Shown here: piece by piece, positions 63,590 to 64,000 of the stretch
Layout: the number at the start of each line of letters is the position of its first letter
How positions within the stretch are numbered: position 1 is the stretch's first letter
IMG/VR virus record: IMGVR_UViG_3300027518_000008
Strand: one strand, 5' to 3'
Length of the DNA: 64,000 nucleotides
Origin: a virus
Program-made: the position numbers and the translations under genes
Notes under the pieces: model-generated
The model's database searches: none
What the model was told of the DNA's origin: nothing
Seen by the model: only the letters and a program-made list of their open reading frames with translations

Positions 63590-64000
63590 ATGGCTGCCGG
63601 TGATTCTGCTCTCTCAATATGTTCTGACGCCTTGCAAATGTTAGGCGCCAAGCCAATCTCGTCCTTTACAGAAGGAACGGATGAGGCAAACGTTGCCGAC
63701 TCCCTGTACCAAGATATCAAAAAGCAAGCCCTTTTGGTCTATCCTTGGTCGTTTGTGTATAAAAAGATTGCATTAGCCAGACTGCTAGTAGGGCCAACGA
63801 CTGAGTACACCTACGCCTATCAGTTACCCGGCGACCGTATTGGCCCACCACGTTCTGTAACCGTTAGCGCAACACCCGGGTCGGGAACCATCCGTAACTA
63901 CCGGATATTTGGCGACCAACTTCTAACTAACGAAACCAGCATTTACATAGACTATCCTTATGACGTACAAGAGTACGAGATGCCGGTGTATTTTGTCCAG
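63590..64000 (+). CDS. Tail tubular protein A (T7 gp11-like), 3' truncated
   Basis: ICSDAL..LG..PISSF.EGTD.A...LY...YPWSF...Y.YAYQLP. Confidence 0.8.
   Translation, partial: MAAGDSALSICSDALQMLGAKPISSFTEGTDEANVADSLYQDIKKQALLVYPWSFVYKKIALARLLVGPTTEYTYAYQLPGDRIGPPRSVTVSATPGSGTIRNYRIFGDQLLTNETSIYIDYPYDVQEYEMPVYFVQ

Larger units (their letters stand above)
39564..64000. mobile_element. Phage A (main part): T7-type virion module without polymerase; continues at 1-2688
   Basis: Second terS/terL, head-tail connector, capsid, tubular protein A; no CGCG seen here or in 1-2688. Confidence 0.75.

Noticed and set aside
1-64000. CRISPR array, tRNA or rRNA genes
   Set aside because: No regularly spaced repeat-spacer pattern and no convincing cloverleaf in the intergenic regions read; tRNAscan was not run.

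Overview
Entirely bacteriophage DNA, with no host genes, rRNA, recognisable tRNA or CRISPR array. The window holds two different podovirus-type genomes, one nested in the other. Phage A has a T7-type head-tail connector, capsid, tubular protein and fibre N-terminus but no polymerase, plus a serine recombinase and a RecT/YqaJ-like pair; it occupies 1-2688 and about 39564-64000. Phage B has a P22-like portal and ejection proteins, Sak/YqaJ, NinB and a C5 methyltransferase; it occupies about 2689-38961 and is a gene-complete 36,273-bp unit. The two join through a 602-bp apparently exact direct repeat (2689-3290 = 38962-39563) inside a shared ~6.4-kb module present twice: lectin tail protein, endonuclease VII, Ntn peptidase, metallophosphoesterase, holin, lysozyme. 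By manual reading the genomes show reciprocal palindrome avoidance (no GATC in B, no CGCG in A), so this is either an assembly chimera or a recombination cointegrate of two phages sharing a gene pool. Other highlights: a methyltransferase with an out-of-frame nested partner ORF, homing endonucleases that took over the lectin gene's last codons, a candidate injected cargo protein with a GLL motif, capsid-linked glycosyltransferases and several structured non-coding leaders. All calls come from motif recognition and synteny; no database search or computed count was run, and starts adjusted from the ORF track were chosen by eye.
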